Under the pieces are notes generated by a model. It saw nothing but the letters and a program-made list of their open reading frames with translations, had not been told where the DNA came from and searched no databases. From contig OY760183.1 in assembly GCA_963663275.1 (NCBI GenBank), positions 1,984,001 through 2,048,000 on the forward strand: a stretch of DNA of 64,000 nt, read 5' to 3'. A program made the position numbers and the translations under genes. Of the stretch, positions 48,292 to 57,582 are shown in pieces (position 1 is the first letter of the stretch; every line of letters begins with the position of its first letter). Origin of the DNA: Chloroflexota bacterium (GTDB lineage: Bacteria > Chloroflexota > UBA11872 > VXOZ01).

Positions 48292-49806
48292 CTAGTCGAG
48301 CGCGGCGACGATCCGCTCGGCTGCCATCAGCGTCGGCAGGTTGGTGTTGGCCCGGGGCACGGTGGGCATGATGGAGGCGTCGATGACGTGGAGGGCCTCT
48401 GCTCCGTGAACCTTGCCTTGCGCATCGACGACGGCTTCCGGGTCGGCAGCCGGGCCCATTCTGCACGTGCCGACCGGATGGAAGTAGTGCAGGCTCTTGC
48501 GGCGCAGATCTTCGGCGGTTACTATGCTGGCCATTTCGTCAAGTTCCTCGCCGATGAGCGCGGCAAGGCGTTGTTGGCGGGCAATTTCCCGGGTCAGCGC
48601 GACGCCGTCAAGCAGCGCCGCCAAGTCGCGGTCGCCGGGATCGGTGAAGTAGCCGGTGTCGATTATGGGGTTGCTGGCGGGGTCCCGGTCGCGCAGCGCA
48701 AGCCGGCCGCGGGACTGCGGCGCCATGTTGGCGACGTACATCTCGCACACCCAGCGTCCCGCCGCGTTTGGCGCCGCCGCGGTGATGGGAGCGACGTGCA
48801 GGTCGAACGCCTCGCCGCAACCGCCGCTGCGGGCCTTTGCCAGGCTCTGCTCGGTGTAGACGGTCTTGCCCACGGCGATGAAGTCTTCCATGAGGGAGTC
48901 GAAGCGGGGCGTGCCTTGGTGCAGCATGGTGACGCCCGGATGGTCGTGGAGGTTGCGGCCGACGCCGGGCAGATCGAGATTTACGGCAATTTCCAGCGCG
49001 GCGAGTTCCGCTGCCGGACCGATGCCGGAGCGGAGCAGGATTGAGGGAGAGCCGTACGCACCAGCGCAGAGGATGATCCGCTCCGCCGCGACCGTCTCCC
49101 GTTTCCCCGCGATGATGACGTTCACCGAGACCGCGCGCGCGCGCCGCAGGTTCACCTTATCCGCCAGACCACCGCCGACCACGGTCAGATTGCCCCGTTC
49201 CCGCGCCGGGTCGAGATAGGCGAACGCCGCGCTCCAGCGGATGCCGTCCCGGTTGTTCACCGGCGCGAGCGCCGCCCCGGCGTTCTCGTCCAGGTCGTTC
49301 AGGTTGGCCGAGCGGGGGATGCCGGCGCTAATCATCGCTTCCAGGCACGCGCTGTGAAAGGGGGTGGCCTCCTCCGGCGTGAAGTCGCGCACGCGCAGGC
49401 GCGCCGCCGCCTGACGAAAGTAGGGCAGCACGTCCGCCGTGGACCAGCCCTCGTTGCCCGCGGCCGCCCAGCCGTCGTAGTCGGCGGCGCTGCCCCAGAT
49501 GGCAATGCAGCCGTTGTGCGCCGAGCAGCCGCCGATTACTCTGGCGCGCTGCAGGGCGTGGCGCGGCTGGCCGTGAGCCGCGGCGCTGGTGAAGCCCCAA
49601 TCGTGTGTGCCGGCCAGCGCGCGGCCGTCCAGTAGTTCGCCCGGCCAGCGGCCTGAATGGCGGGAGCCGTAGTCCGGGCCGGCCTCGAGCAGCAGCACCG
49701 AGCGGTCGCCGCGCGCGGCGAGCAGGCCGGCGACGGCGGCCCCGGCCGTGCCGCCGCCGATGACGACCGTGTCCGCGTAGCGTGGCAGCTGTGTTGGAGT
49801 AGACAT
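48292..49806 (-). CDS. GMC-family flavin oxidoreductase (choline dehydrogenase-like)
   Basis: IGGGTAG, RVIGGCSAHNG, GVGRNLHDH, FHPVGTCRMG, ANTNLP. Confidence 0.92.
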   Translation of the reverse strand: MSTPTQLPRYADTVVIGGGTAGAAVAGLLAARGDRSVLLLEAGPDYGSRHSGRWPGELLDGRALAGTHDWGFTSAAAHGQPRHALQRARVIGGCSAHNGCIAIWGSAADYDGWAAAGNEGWSTADVLPYFRQAAARLRVRDFTPEEATPFHSACLEAMISAGIPRSANLNDLDENAGAALAPVNNRDGIRWSAAFAYLDPARERGNLTVVGGGLADKVNLRRARAVSVNVIIAGKRETVAAERIILCAGAYGSPSILLRSGIGPAAELAALEIAVNLDLPGVGRNLHDHPGVTMLHQGTPRFDSLMEDFIAVGKTVYTEQSLAKARSGGCGEAFDLHVAPITAAAPNAAGRWVCEMYVANMAPQSRGRLALRDRDPASNPIIDTGYFTDPGDRDLAALLDGVALTREIARQQRLAALIGEELDEMASIVTAEDLRRKSLHYFHPVGTCRMGPAADPEAVVDAQGKVHGAEALHVIDASIMPTVPRANTNLPTLMAAERIVAALD

Positions 49807-50028
49807 AATCAAAAAGCAATTCCGGTGCTGCGGCCAGGATCGATTTGCCGGTTCAAGCCATCGATGGCGGCGCCGTCGGGACGGCAGCATCATAATCCCA
49901 CTTTGGCGAGCCGGTCAACCCAAGCGCCTGTGTCGATAGTACAGCACAACAAGAACAGCCGGTGTCATTGCACACGCTTCGTTCGGTATACTATCGCCAA
50001 GAGACCTTGCACACATGAGGAGGAGGCC

Positions 50029-51396
50029 ATGGCGCAGCGGCACAGCCAAGGGGGAGTTGCAATCGCCCCGGACGGAGAATCTTCTCTTTCAACCACCGAG
50101 ACGGCCAAGCTATTCGAAGAATCCTCTCAATACATGCCGGGCGGCACGTCGCGGCTGCACTACTACTATCAGCCGCATCCGATCTACGCCCAGGCGGGCA
50201 GCGGTTGCTACCTGACCGACGTGGAAGGCGTGGAGCGCATCGACTATCTCAACAATATGACCGCTCTCATCCACGGCCACGCCAATCCGGCCATAAACGC
50301 GGCGATCATCGATCAACTGCAGCGGGGCACGGCCTTCTCCGAACCGGCGGAACCGGAATTGCGGCTGGCCCGCCTGCTGGTGGAGCGCGTGCCGTCTTTG
50401 GACAAGATCCGCTTTGCGAATTCGGGCACGGAGGCGGTGATGCTGGCGGTCAAGCTGGCGCGCGCCTACACCGGGCGCAGCCGCATCGCCAAGTTCGAGG
50501 GCTTCTACCACGGCTACTACGACTACGCGCAGGTGAGTTACGCTTCCCAGCCGGATAGATGGGGTCCGGCGGATGCGCCGCACAGCGTGGCCAGCAGCGG
50601 CGGCCTGGCCGATTCGGTGGAGTCCGACGTGCTCACGCTGCCGTACAACGATAAGGATGCCGTGGCCCGCCTGCTGGACCAGCACGGCAGGGACCTGGCC
50701 GCCGTGCTCTACGACCCGCTCTGCAACCGCGCCGGCTTTCCGCTGCCGCAGGATGATTTCCTCTCGTTCCTGCGCGAGATTACGCGGGATTACGGCATCG
50801 TGTTGATTTCTGATGAGGTGATCAGCTTTCGGGTGAGCTACGCGGGCGGGGCGGCGCGCTTTGGCGGCGAGCCGGATCTGACGGTCTTTGGCAAGATTAT
50901 CGGCGGCGGGCTGCCGATTGGGGCCGTGGGCGGCCGCGCCGAGGTCATGGCGCTGCTCGATCCCACGGCAGGGCCGCCCGCGCTCGCCTCCGGCGGCACG
51001 TACAGCGGCAATCCGCTCTCGGCCGCGGCCGGCTATGCGGCGCTGATGCAACTAACGCCCGACGTGTACGCGCGCCTGGAGACACTTGGCGACGACTTGC
51101 GCGCCCGCGCCAACGCGGTCTTTGGCGACGCGGGAGTGCCGGGGCAGGTCAGCGGCGCCGGTTCGCTCATCCTCGTCGCGCCGACGGACGCGCCGATCGT
51201 CAATTACCGCAGCCTGCCCAAGGGGCCGGCGGCGGAGGCGCTCATGCGCGGCCTGCATCGCGGCCTGATGGACGCCGGCGTCATTGTTTCCAAAGAGGGC
51301 CTGGGCGCGCTCTCCACGCCGATGGGGCAGTTGGAGATCGACCGCTTCATTGCGGCCCTGGAACAGGCGGCGGCGCGTGTTGCCGGCGCGCATTGA
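50029..51396 (+). CDS. Class III aminotransferase (GSA-aminomutase-like)
   Basis: RFANSGTEA, FEGFYHG, SDEVISFR, FGKIIGGGLPIGAVGG, GTYSGNP. Confidence 0.9.
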   Translation: MAQRHSQGGVAIAPDGESSLSTTETAKLFEESSQYMPGGTSRLHYYYQPHPIYAQAGSGCYLTDVEGVERIDYLNNMTALIHGHANPAINAAIIDQLQRGTAFSEPAEPELRLARLLVERVPSLDKIRFANSGTEAVMLAVKLARAYTGRSRIAKFEGFYHGYYDYAQVSYASQPDRWGPADAPHSVASSGGLADSVESDVLTLPYNDKDAVARLLDQHGRDLAAVLYDPLCNRAGFPLPQDDFLSFLREITRDYGIVLISDEVISFRVSYAGGAARFGGEPDLTVFGKIIGGGLPIGAVGGRAEVMALLDPTAGPPALASGGTYSGNPLSAAAGYAALMQLTPDVYARLETLGDDLRARANAVFGDAGVPGQVSGAGSLILVAPTDAPIVNYRSLPKGPAAEALMRGLHRGLMDAGVIVSKEGLGALSTPMGQLEIDRFIAALEQAAARVAGAH

Positions 51397-51414
51397 GTCT
51401 CCCAGCGAGCGCGC

Positions 51415-52176
51415 GTGATGTCCTCTACTCACCGTTACACCGCCGTTCTCAGCGACATTGACGGCACCCTCGCGCCCTATGGCGTGCCGCCCCCGCCGGC
51501 GGTGGTTGAAGGGCTGTCCGCCGTAGCGCGGCGGTGTAACGTGGGGCTCATTTCCAGCCGGGACCTTCACTACGTGGCCGCCATGGCCGCGCGCTTCGGC
51601 CTGGCGGGGCCGCAGGTGTCCGACGGCGGCGCGCGCATCTTCCGCGCCGAGACGATGGAAACCCTGGATTGCGTCTATCTGGAACCGGCGGACGCGCAAA
51701 CTCTGCTGGACGCCGTGACGCGGAGCCCGTATTCCTTCTCCGCCGTGGACGACACCGCAGTAGTAGAAAGTGTTGCGGACGTGCTCCATTGGCGCATCAC
51801 GCGCATCACGGTGCTGCCTGTGCCCACTGCCGACCTGCCGCGCTTCGAGCGCCTCTTTCCGCCGGAACGGCCGGTACACGTGACGCGCTTTCCCTACGAG
51901 CCCGGCAAAACTTGGGGCGTGGACGTGACCCACGAGCGCGGCACGAAAGCCACCGCCGTCCACCGCTACGCGCGCCTGCTCGGCGCCGAACCCGCGAACA
52001 TTATCGGCATTGGCGACGGGCCGAACGACGTGGAATTTCTCCAGGAGTGCGGCCTGCGCATCGCCATGGGCAACGCCCACCCCGACCTGAAAGCCATCGC
52101 CCACTGGATCGCGCCGGACGTCACGGAAAGCGGCATCGTGGCGGCGCTGGAACGCTACAGCGACAATCTGGCGTAA
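51415..52176 (+). CDS. Cof-type HAD hydrolase
   Basis: DIDGTL, GTKATA, IGDGPNDVEF, AMGNA. Confidence 0.88.
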   Translation: MMSSTHRYTAVLSDIDGTLAPYGVPPPPAVVEGLSAVARRCNVGLISSRDLHYVAAMAARFGLAGPQVSDGGARIFRAETMETLDCVYLEPADAQTLLDAVTRSPYSFSAVDDTAVVESVADVLHWRITRITVLPVPTADLPRFERLFPPERPVHVTRFPYEPGKTWGVDVTHERGTKATAVHRYARLLGAEPANIIGIGDGPNDVEFLQECGLRIAMGNAHPDLKAIAHWIAPDVTESGIVAALERYSDNLA

Positions 52177-52293
52177 GGATTCGCTCCGGGGGTGACATGC
52201 ACATAGGGCCGGGCATCCGTCAGGCGAGGGCTGAAGAGAATTGGCTTGCCGAGAGCAGTTTGGCTGGTGGACCGAACGTCCATACACGTGCTG

Positions 52294-53466
52294 TCACTGC
52301 GCAGACTGCTCCGCCCGCCTCAGCAATGCCGTTATCTCGGCCGCGCCGCTCTTGCGCATGCGCTTTGCCGCCATAGCCGGCGTGTTTCCTTTGGCGTTCC
52401 TGGTCGTTGGGTCCGCGCCCCGTTCCAGCAACAGCGCAACGGCCTCTACCCGGCCCGCGCGCACGGCGTCGCAGAGCGGCGTCTCGCCTTTTTCGTCGGC
52501 CGCCTCGATGTCCGCGCCGTGCGCCAGCAGGACCTCCATGCTGGCCAGGAAGCCGGCGGTGGCGGCGTGGTGGAGCGCGGTCTTGCCCTTGTAATCGCGG
52601 ACGTTCACGTCCGCCCCCAACTCCAGCAGCGCCTGGATCTTTTCGGGATGCTCGCCTTTGTCGCCGCGGCTCGCGACCACCAGCGGCGGCCAGCCGGGGC
52701 GGCCGGTATTGACGTCGTAGCCGTGTGAGACTGCCAGTTCCGCCAGTTCGCGGTTCTGGGAGGGGTCCGCCAACGGGAGTTGGCCGGCGTCAGCGCCGCC
52801 CTCCAAGAGCGTTTGCGCCATGTCGAGGCGGCTGCGGCCTGCGGCGATGCCCAGCAGACGCGCGCTATGCGGGCGCACCGCCGCCCCCCGCGCCAGCAGC
52901 AAAGACACCGTTGCGGCGCAGCCGCCGCTGACGGCGTAGACGAGCGGCGTGGCCCAGTCGTTGGGCATGAGGTCGAAGGCCAGCCGCGCGCCTTCTTTGC
53001 GCATCGAGTCGTGCTGCGGCTGTGTCCGTTCCAGCAGCGACGGGTCGGCATCCAGGAATGCGCGCACCGCCGCCGTGTCGCCCAAATAGGCGGCGGTGTA
53101 AATGTCGATGCGCGCCCCTTGCGCCAGCAGATAGTCGGCCAGCGCGTGCCGTTCCTTGACCCGCGCCGCGCAGAAGCAGCTTATTTCGACGTAGTTTTCG
53201 CTGTAGTGGCACGCTGTGGCGTTCACATCGGCGCCCCGCTCGACCAGAAACTCGGCCACGGCGAGTTTGCCCCGATACGCCGCTTCCCAAAGCATGGTGC
53301 GCCCGTGGGAGCCGACAGTGTGCAGCCACCGGGGGTATTGTTCCACGAATTCCCGCACCGCTGCCAGGTCGCCGCGTCCGGCGGCCGCCACTATGATCTT
53401 CAGAAAGTCGCTCTGCTTGCCGGTGAGCCGTTTCGTGACCATGGCCGACCTTTCGCGTGCTTTCAC
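52294..53466 (-). CDS. Ankyrin-repeat protein
   Basis: Repeated TPL..A...G...V.LLL..GAD motifs. Alternative ATG start at 53442. Confidence 0.92.
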   Translation of the reverse strand: MKARERSAMVTKRLTGKQSDFLKIIVAAAGRGDLAAVREFVEQYPRWLHTVGSHGRTMLWEAAYRGKLAVAEFLVERGADVNATACHYSENYVEISCFCAARVKERHALADYLLAQGARIDIYTAAYLGDTAAVRAFLDADPSLLERTQPQHDSMRKEGARLAFDLMPNDWATPLVYAVSGGCAATVSLLLARGAAVRPHSARLLGIAAGRSRLDMAQTLLEGGADAGQLPLADPSQNRELAELAVSHGYDVNTGRPGWPPLVVASRGDKGEHPEKIQALLELGADVNVRDYKGKTALHHAATAGFLASMEVLLAHGADIEAADEKGETPLCDAVRAGRVEAVALLLERGADPTTRNAKGNTPAMAAKRMRKSGAAEITALLRRAEQSAQ

Positions 53467-53542
53467 GGGCTAGCCGCCGCAGCCAACGACGTGAAGTTTC
53501 CTAATGGCTCAACATTACCGACTTTGGGACTCCCCCCTCACC

Positions 53543-55162
53543 CTAGCCCTCTCCCCGCTGGGAGAGGGAACCGGAAGAAGAGCCGGAAGGCTTAGCGGCC
53601 CGCCGCGCCCACAGGGAGCGCGCAAGCATACCGGCCAGGTAGAGAGCGCAGAGCGCCGGGAACCAGTCGCCCGCGCGTGTGTAGGGCGTCCCCGAGGAAT
53701 CCGGCAGGGGCACGGCGGCGCGGAGCACTGTGCGCGCCGGTTCCAGGGCCGACGTGCCGGCAATGATCTCGCCGCTGGGCGCAATCACCGCGCTGCCGTA
53801 GCGCCAATCGGCCTTTACGATGGTCACGTTGTTCTCAGCGGCGCGCTGCGCGCTGGCCGCCACCTGGAACGGGCTCATTTCCTGCCAATCGTGGCTGGTG
53901 ACGGCAATCAGTTGCGCGCCGTTGGCGGTGAGCGTGCGGGCCACGTCGGGAAAGTCGGAATCGTACGCCATCATCGTAGCAAAGGTCCCGAGAGAAGTGG
54001 CAAACACCGGATGCTCGCCGCCGGTCACGCTCTGCTCCCCCACGTAGATAATGGGGTAGTTCTTGGCGTACATTCCGAGAAACTCGCCTTGGGGTGAGAT
54101 GAGCACCGCTTCATTGCGGAAGCCGCGCGGGTCCGTGTCCACGAAATAGGGCACGAAGAGATAGGCGTTCATCTCGCGGGCGAAGGCGGCCAGCCGCGCG
54201 CGGGCCTCGTCGTCGGCCTGTACGTCGCGCCAGACCGTCGCCTCCGGCCAGACGATGAGGTCCGCGCCCTGCGCCTGTTCGCGCGTGAGCGTCTCCACGT
54301 CGAGCCAGGCCAGGCCGTAGTAGTCGCGCACGCCCCGCGACAAGGCCTGGTCGAAGTAGTCGGACATGTCGATGCCGGTCTGCACCAGCGCCACTTCTAT
54401 GGTCGAGGGACCGTTCTGTTCCCGCTGCCCGGCGCTCGCCACTTCCTCCGGCGCAGGCAATTGCGCAGCCGCGAACAGCAGCGTACTGCCCAGGACAAGC
54501 GGGATTGCCAATGCTGCCGCTCCTGCCGCGCGGCCGGTACGGCGAACCAGCAAACGGGTGACGGCGACGGCTAGCAAGAGGTTCACAAGCACGATGCAGA
54601 ACGTGAGCAGCCAGGGGCCTCCAAGCTGGGTTATCGCCATGACCCCCGGTACGGTGTGCTGCGTCGTGAAGAGATTTCCCCAAATGTGGCCAAGCTGCAA
54701 GCGGTACCGCACGTACTCGGTGAGCGTCCACACGGCCGGCGGCAGCAGCCAGAAGTAGGGTCTCGCCTGCGCCAACGCAACCGGCGGACCGATCGGCACC
54801 CGCACAAAGTAGAAGAGCACAAAGAGCGCCGGCAGCAGCACTAGGCTGACGAACAACGCCGGAGAATCCAGGAATAGAATGGGAGGAAAGTCGCTGCCCC
54901 GCCACGCCCGGGAGGTAAGCCCGGGCGGGAACGCCTGCCACAGGAGCACGCCCATGTAAAGCACGAACGTCAAGGCGGCCGCGGCACGGGCGGCCCGCGG
55001 CCGCGGCGTGGGCAGCGCCATGACAACAAACATCGGCGCCAGCGCCACCCACGCCAGAAACCACAAATTGAAAGGTGGAAACGCCAACACCAGCAGGATG
55101 GCAGGACCGATGGAGTGTACGAGAGTGCCAATCAGACCGATGACTATGGCGTTTTTGCGCAT
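53543..55162 (-). CDS. Apolipoprotein N-acyltransferase-like protein (nitrilase fold) lacking the catalytic Cys
   Basis: LAFPPFNLWFLAWVAL, TM helices, IVWPE, RNEA, YAK; MMAYD where ICY[E/D] is expected. Confidence 0.8.
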   Translation of the reverse strand: MRKNAIVIGLIGTLVHSIGPAILLVLAFPPFNLWFLAWVALAPMFVVMALPTPRPRAARAAAALTFVLYMGVLLWQAFPPGLTSRAWRGSDFPPILFLDSPALFVSLVLLPALFVLFYFVRVPIGPPVALAQARPYFWLLPPAVWTLTEYVRYRLQLGHIWGNLFTTQHTVPGVMAITQLGGPWLLTFCIVLVNLLLAVAVTRLLVRRTGRAAGAAALAIPLVLGSTLLFAAAQLPAPEEVASAGQREQNGPSTIEVALVQTGIDMSDYFDQALSRGVRDYYGLAWLDVETLTREQAQGADLIVWPEATVWRDVQADDEARARLAAFAREMNAYLFVPYFVDTDPRGFRNEAVLISPQGEFLGMYAKNYPIIYVGEQSVTGGEHPVFATSLGTFATMMAYDSDFPDVARTLTANGAQLIAVTSHDWQEMSPFQVAASAQRAAENNVTIVKADWRYGSAVIAPSGEIIAGTSALEPARTVLRAAVPLPDSSGTPYTRAGDWFPALCALYLAGMLARSLWARRAAKPSGSSSGSLSQRGEG

Positions 55163-55334
55163 GGTTCCTCTCGCCGGTGACGCGCGCGGCCCACAAGCGC
55201 CGCGCGCCGGACTGCCGCTGCGTTCGTTCCCTCTATTCTAGCCCGCCGCCGCTTCTCGGTGCAGGCTGCTGCAACGCTCGCCCAAAAAAGTGTTTACTCT
55301 TCGCGCCAAGCATGCTCGGTGCCCCGACACCAGG

Positions 55335-55497
55335 AGGCGGGGGACAAGCCCCAATGTTGTCGCATTAAACGCAATGAGAATGAAAGCTACGCTCGTTTCT
55401 CCGGTAGCGCAGGATTGTAACCTGCGTCTTCCGTAGCGTCAATCCATTCCGTTCTCATTTTTCTTGTTCCGGCGGGGGACAAGCCCCCGCGCTACGG
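55335..55497. mobile_element. MITE-like composite element copy (one end truncated)
   Basis: Reverse complement of about 11657-11801. Confidence 0.7.
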
Positions 55498-56178
55498 GTT
55501 GTCAACACATATCGGCCTTACTTTGGTAAGAAACCGTTAACCGCGCCGGGGGCTTGCGATTAGGAAGACTCTATAGAAACTAACCACATGAGCGGACGGC
55601 GCGTCAAAGCCGTTCGCGTCAGTTGGCACGCGGGGAGCCGCGCTCCATCCTGCCATAGCCGTGTTAGGCCGGGCCAGGCGTGTGTGTGAAAACCGCTTGT
55701 GCGTGACGTGCGGTGAAGTGTCCGCGTACTCTTACAGAAAGACGCCTGCCGTGAAAGCGTAGTATCCTAGAGTATAGGGCAAGCGACAGTTTGGCCGGGG
55801 CGCACATGGGGCATTTGACCGTGTGAAGGGCCGGCGCCAGTGGGCGATGGTGTCGTGTAATGATGCAATGCATGTCGTTGTTTCACCAATTCTTGAGAAA
55901 GGGATGGGCGCGCACAGCCGTTCGCCTTGAGCCTGTCGAAAGGTGAACGGTGGGTTGGTTGCGGCGCACTGTGCTACCCGTTCATACTTCGACAGGCTCA
56001 GCACGAACGGGTAGCACAGTGCTCATTGGTCGCATGCGACAACAATGGCGTCGGTGGGTGGCAGGCGCGATTCTTCGCTGCCGGAGCCTGCGTTTTTGCT
56101 GTCGCCAACAGACAGACCATTGAGCCAATTCTCTTTGGTTTGCTCCAATTGAGAAAATCGAGAAAGAGGTAAGACTGC

Positions 56179-56937
56179 ATGGGCGCACAGGGTTCGGCAA
56201 GTCGCGACCGTTTCGATGAACTCTATCTGGCGACGTACGCCGATCTGACCGGGGACCGTTATACGGTGCCGGAGGTAGAGGCCATCGAGCGATTGCTCGA
56301 ATTGCGCCCGGGCTCGACCTTGCTCGACCTGGCTTGCGGCCAGGGACGCCACCTGATTCAACTGGCGATTCACGGCTACTCGGTGATTGGGTTGGACCGC
56401 TCCAGTGTGCTCATGCGCCAGGCGTACAAGGACGGGCAGGTGCGCGGCTTGGACGTCAACCTGGTGCAGGGCGACATGCGCGCGCTGCCGTTCGAGCGGG
56501 CGTTCGACGGCGTGGTCAACTGGTTCACGGCGTTGGGCTACCTGGAGAGCGATGAGGAAGACCAGAAAGTGCTGCACGACGTAGCGGCGGCGCTGCGTCC
56601 GGGCGGCCGCTTCGTGATGGAGATGGCGAACCCGATCCAGACCTATCAGAAGCACGAGTGGGAGGATTCGGAGATGGCGTCCACCGGCTACGCCATGGTG
56701 AACCGGAACCGCATGGACTACGAAACGGGACGCCAGCATACCAGCCGCGTCATAATTACCCCTGACGGCGAGCGCATCGAGCGCGAACTCAACGTGCGCG
56801 TCTACCTGCCGCACGAACTGGAGCGGATGTTGAACCTCGCCGGCATGGAGCGGCTCGACTTCTTTGGCGGTCTGGCCGGTGAGCCGCTGGCGCCGGAAAG
56901 CGAGCGCCTCATTCTGACCGCCAGGCGCATTAGCTGA
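56179..56937 (+). CDS. Class I SAM-dependent methyltransferase
   Basis: LLDLACGQGRH, GLDRS, QGDMRALP, LRPGGRF. Confidence 0.92.
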   Translation: MGAQGSASRDRFDELYLATYADLTGDRYTVPEVEAIERLLELRPGSTLLDLACGQGRHLIQLAIHGYSVIGLDRSSVLMRQAYKDGQVRGLDVNLVQGDMRALPFERAFDGVVNWFTALGYLESDEEDQKVLHDVAAALRPGGRFVMEMANPIQTYQKHEWEDSEMASTGYAMVNRNRMDYETGRQHTSRVIITPDGERIERELNVRVYLPHELERMLNLAGMERLDFFGGLAGEPLAPESERLILTARRIS

Positions 56938-56990
56938 CATCGGTTGAACCCAATCTGACGGCATTTACCTCTTGAGTGACGAGACGAACG

Positions 56991-57488
56991 ATGACGCAGA
57001 GAATAAGCGTATGGAAGACTCTCGCCAGCGGCGGCGGCATGGGGCTGGCGGTTCTGGTTGCCGTGGGGATCCCCAGCGGTGTCATACCTAACCCGTACTT
57101 CATTCGCCCGCTCGAAGCGCGGCCCAGCGATTATCTCTTTCTTGGGGTCATCACGATTCTGGCAATTGCTTTGGGCGCAACCTACGGCGCTCCGGCCGTT
57201 TGTTCGTCGCGCGACGCGTGGTCGTCGCAGGACTCTAAGGCGCTCGGCGGCGGACTGCTGCTCTTCATCGGCATCGGCTGCCCGGTGTGCAACAAGGTGG
57301 CGCTTGCGCTGGTGGGCGCGAGCGGCGCGCTGACGTATTTCGAGCCGATCCAGCCGCTCTTTTCACTGGCGTCGATAGTCGTGATGTGTGTTGCGCTTAC
57401 GCTGCGCCTGCGCGACGTCAGGCGCGCGCTTGGTGGAGGAAGTGGCTTTGGCGCAGCGGCCCCGGTTCGCCGGCCGCAAACGCGGTAG
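56991..57488 (+). CDS. Conserved membrane protein with a GCPVC motif
   Basis: Hydrophobic helices, IPNPYF.R, GIGCPVCNK, YFEPIQP. Confidence 0.75.
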   Translation: MTQRISVWKTLASGGGMGLAVLVAVGIPSGVIPNPYFIRPLEARPSDYLFLGVITILAIALGATYGAPAVCSSRDAWSSQDSKALGGGLLLFIGIGCPVCNKVALALVGASGALTYFEPIQPLFSLASIVVMCVALTLRLRDVRRALGGGSGFGAAAPVRRPQTR

Positions 57489-57582
57489 GCCCGCTCCGCC
57501 CACGCGGCCGCGGCGTCGTTGGCCTGTGGCCGCAGTAGCCTAAGGCAAGTGTGAGACTTTGGCATCCTGGGAAGGAGACCTA

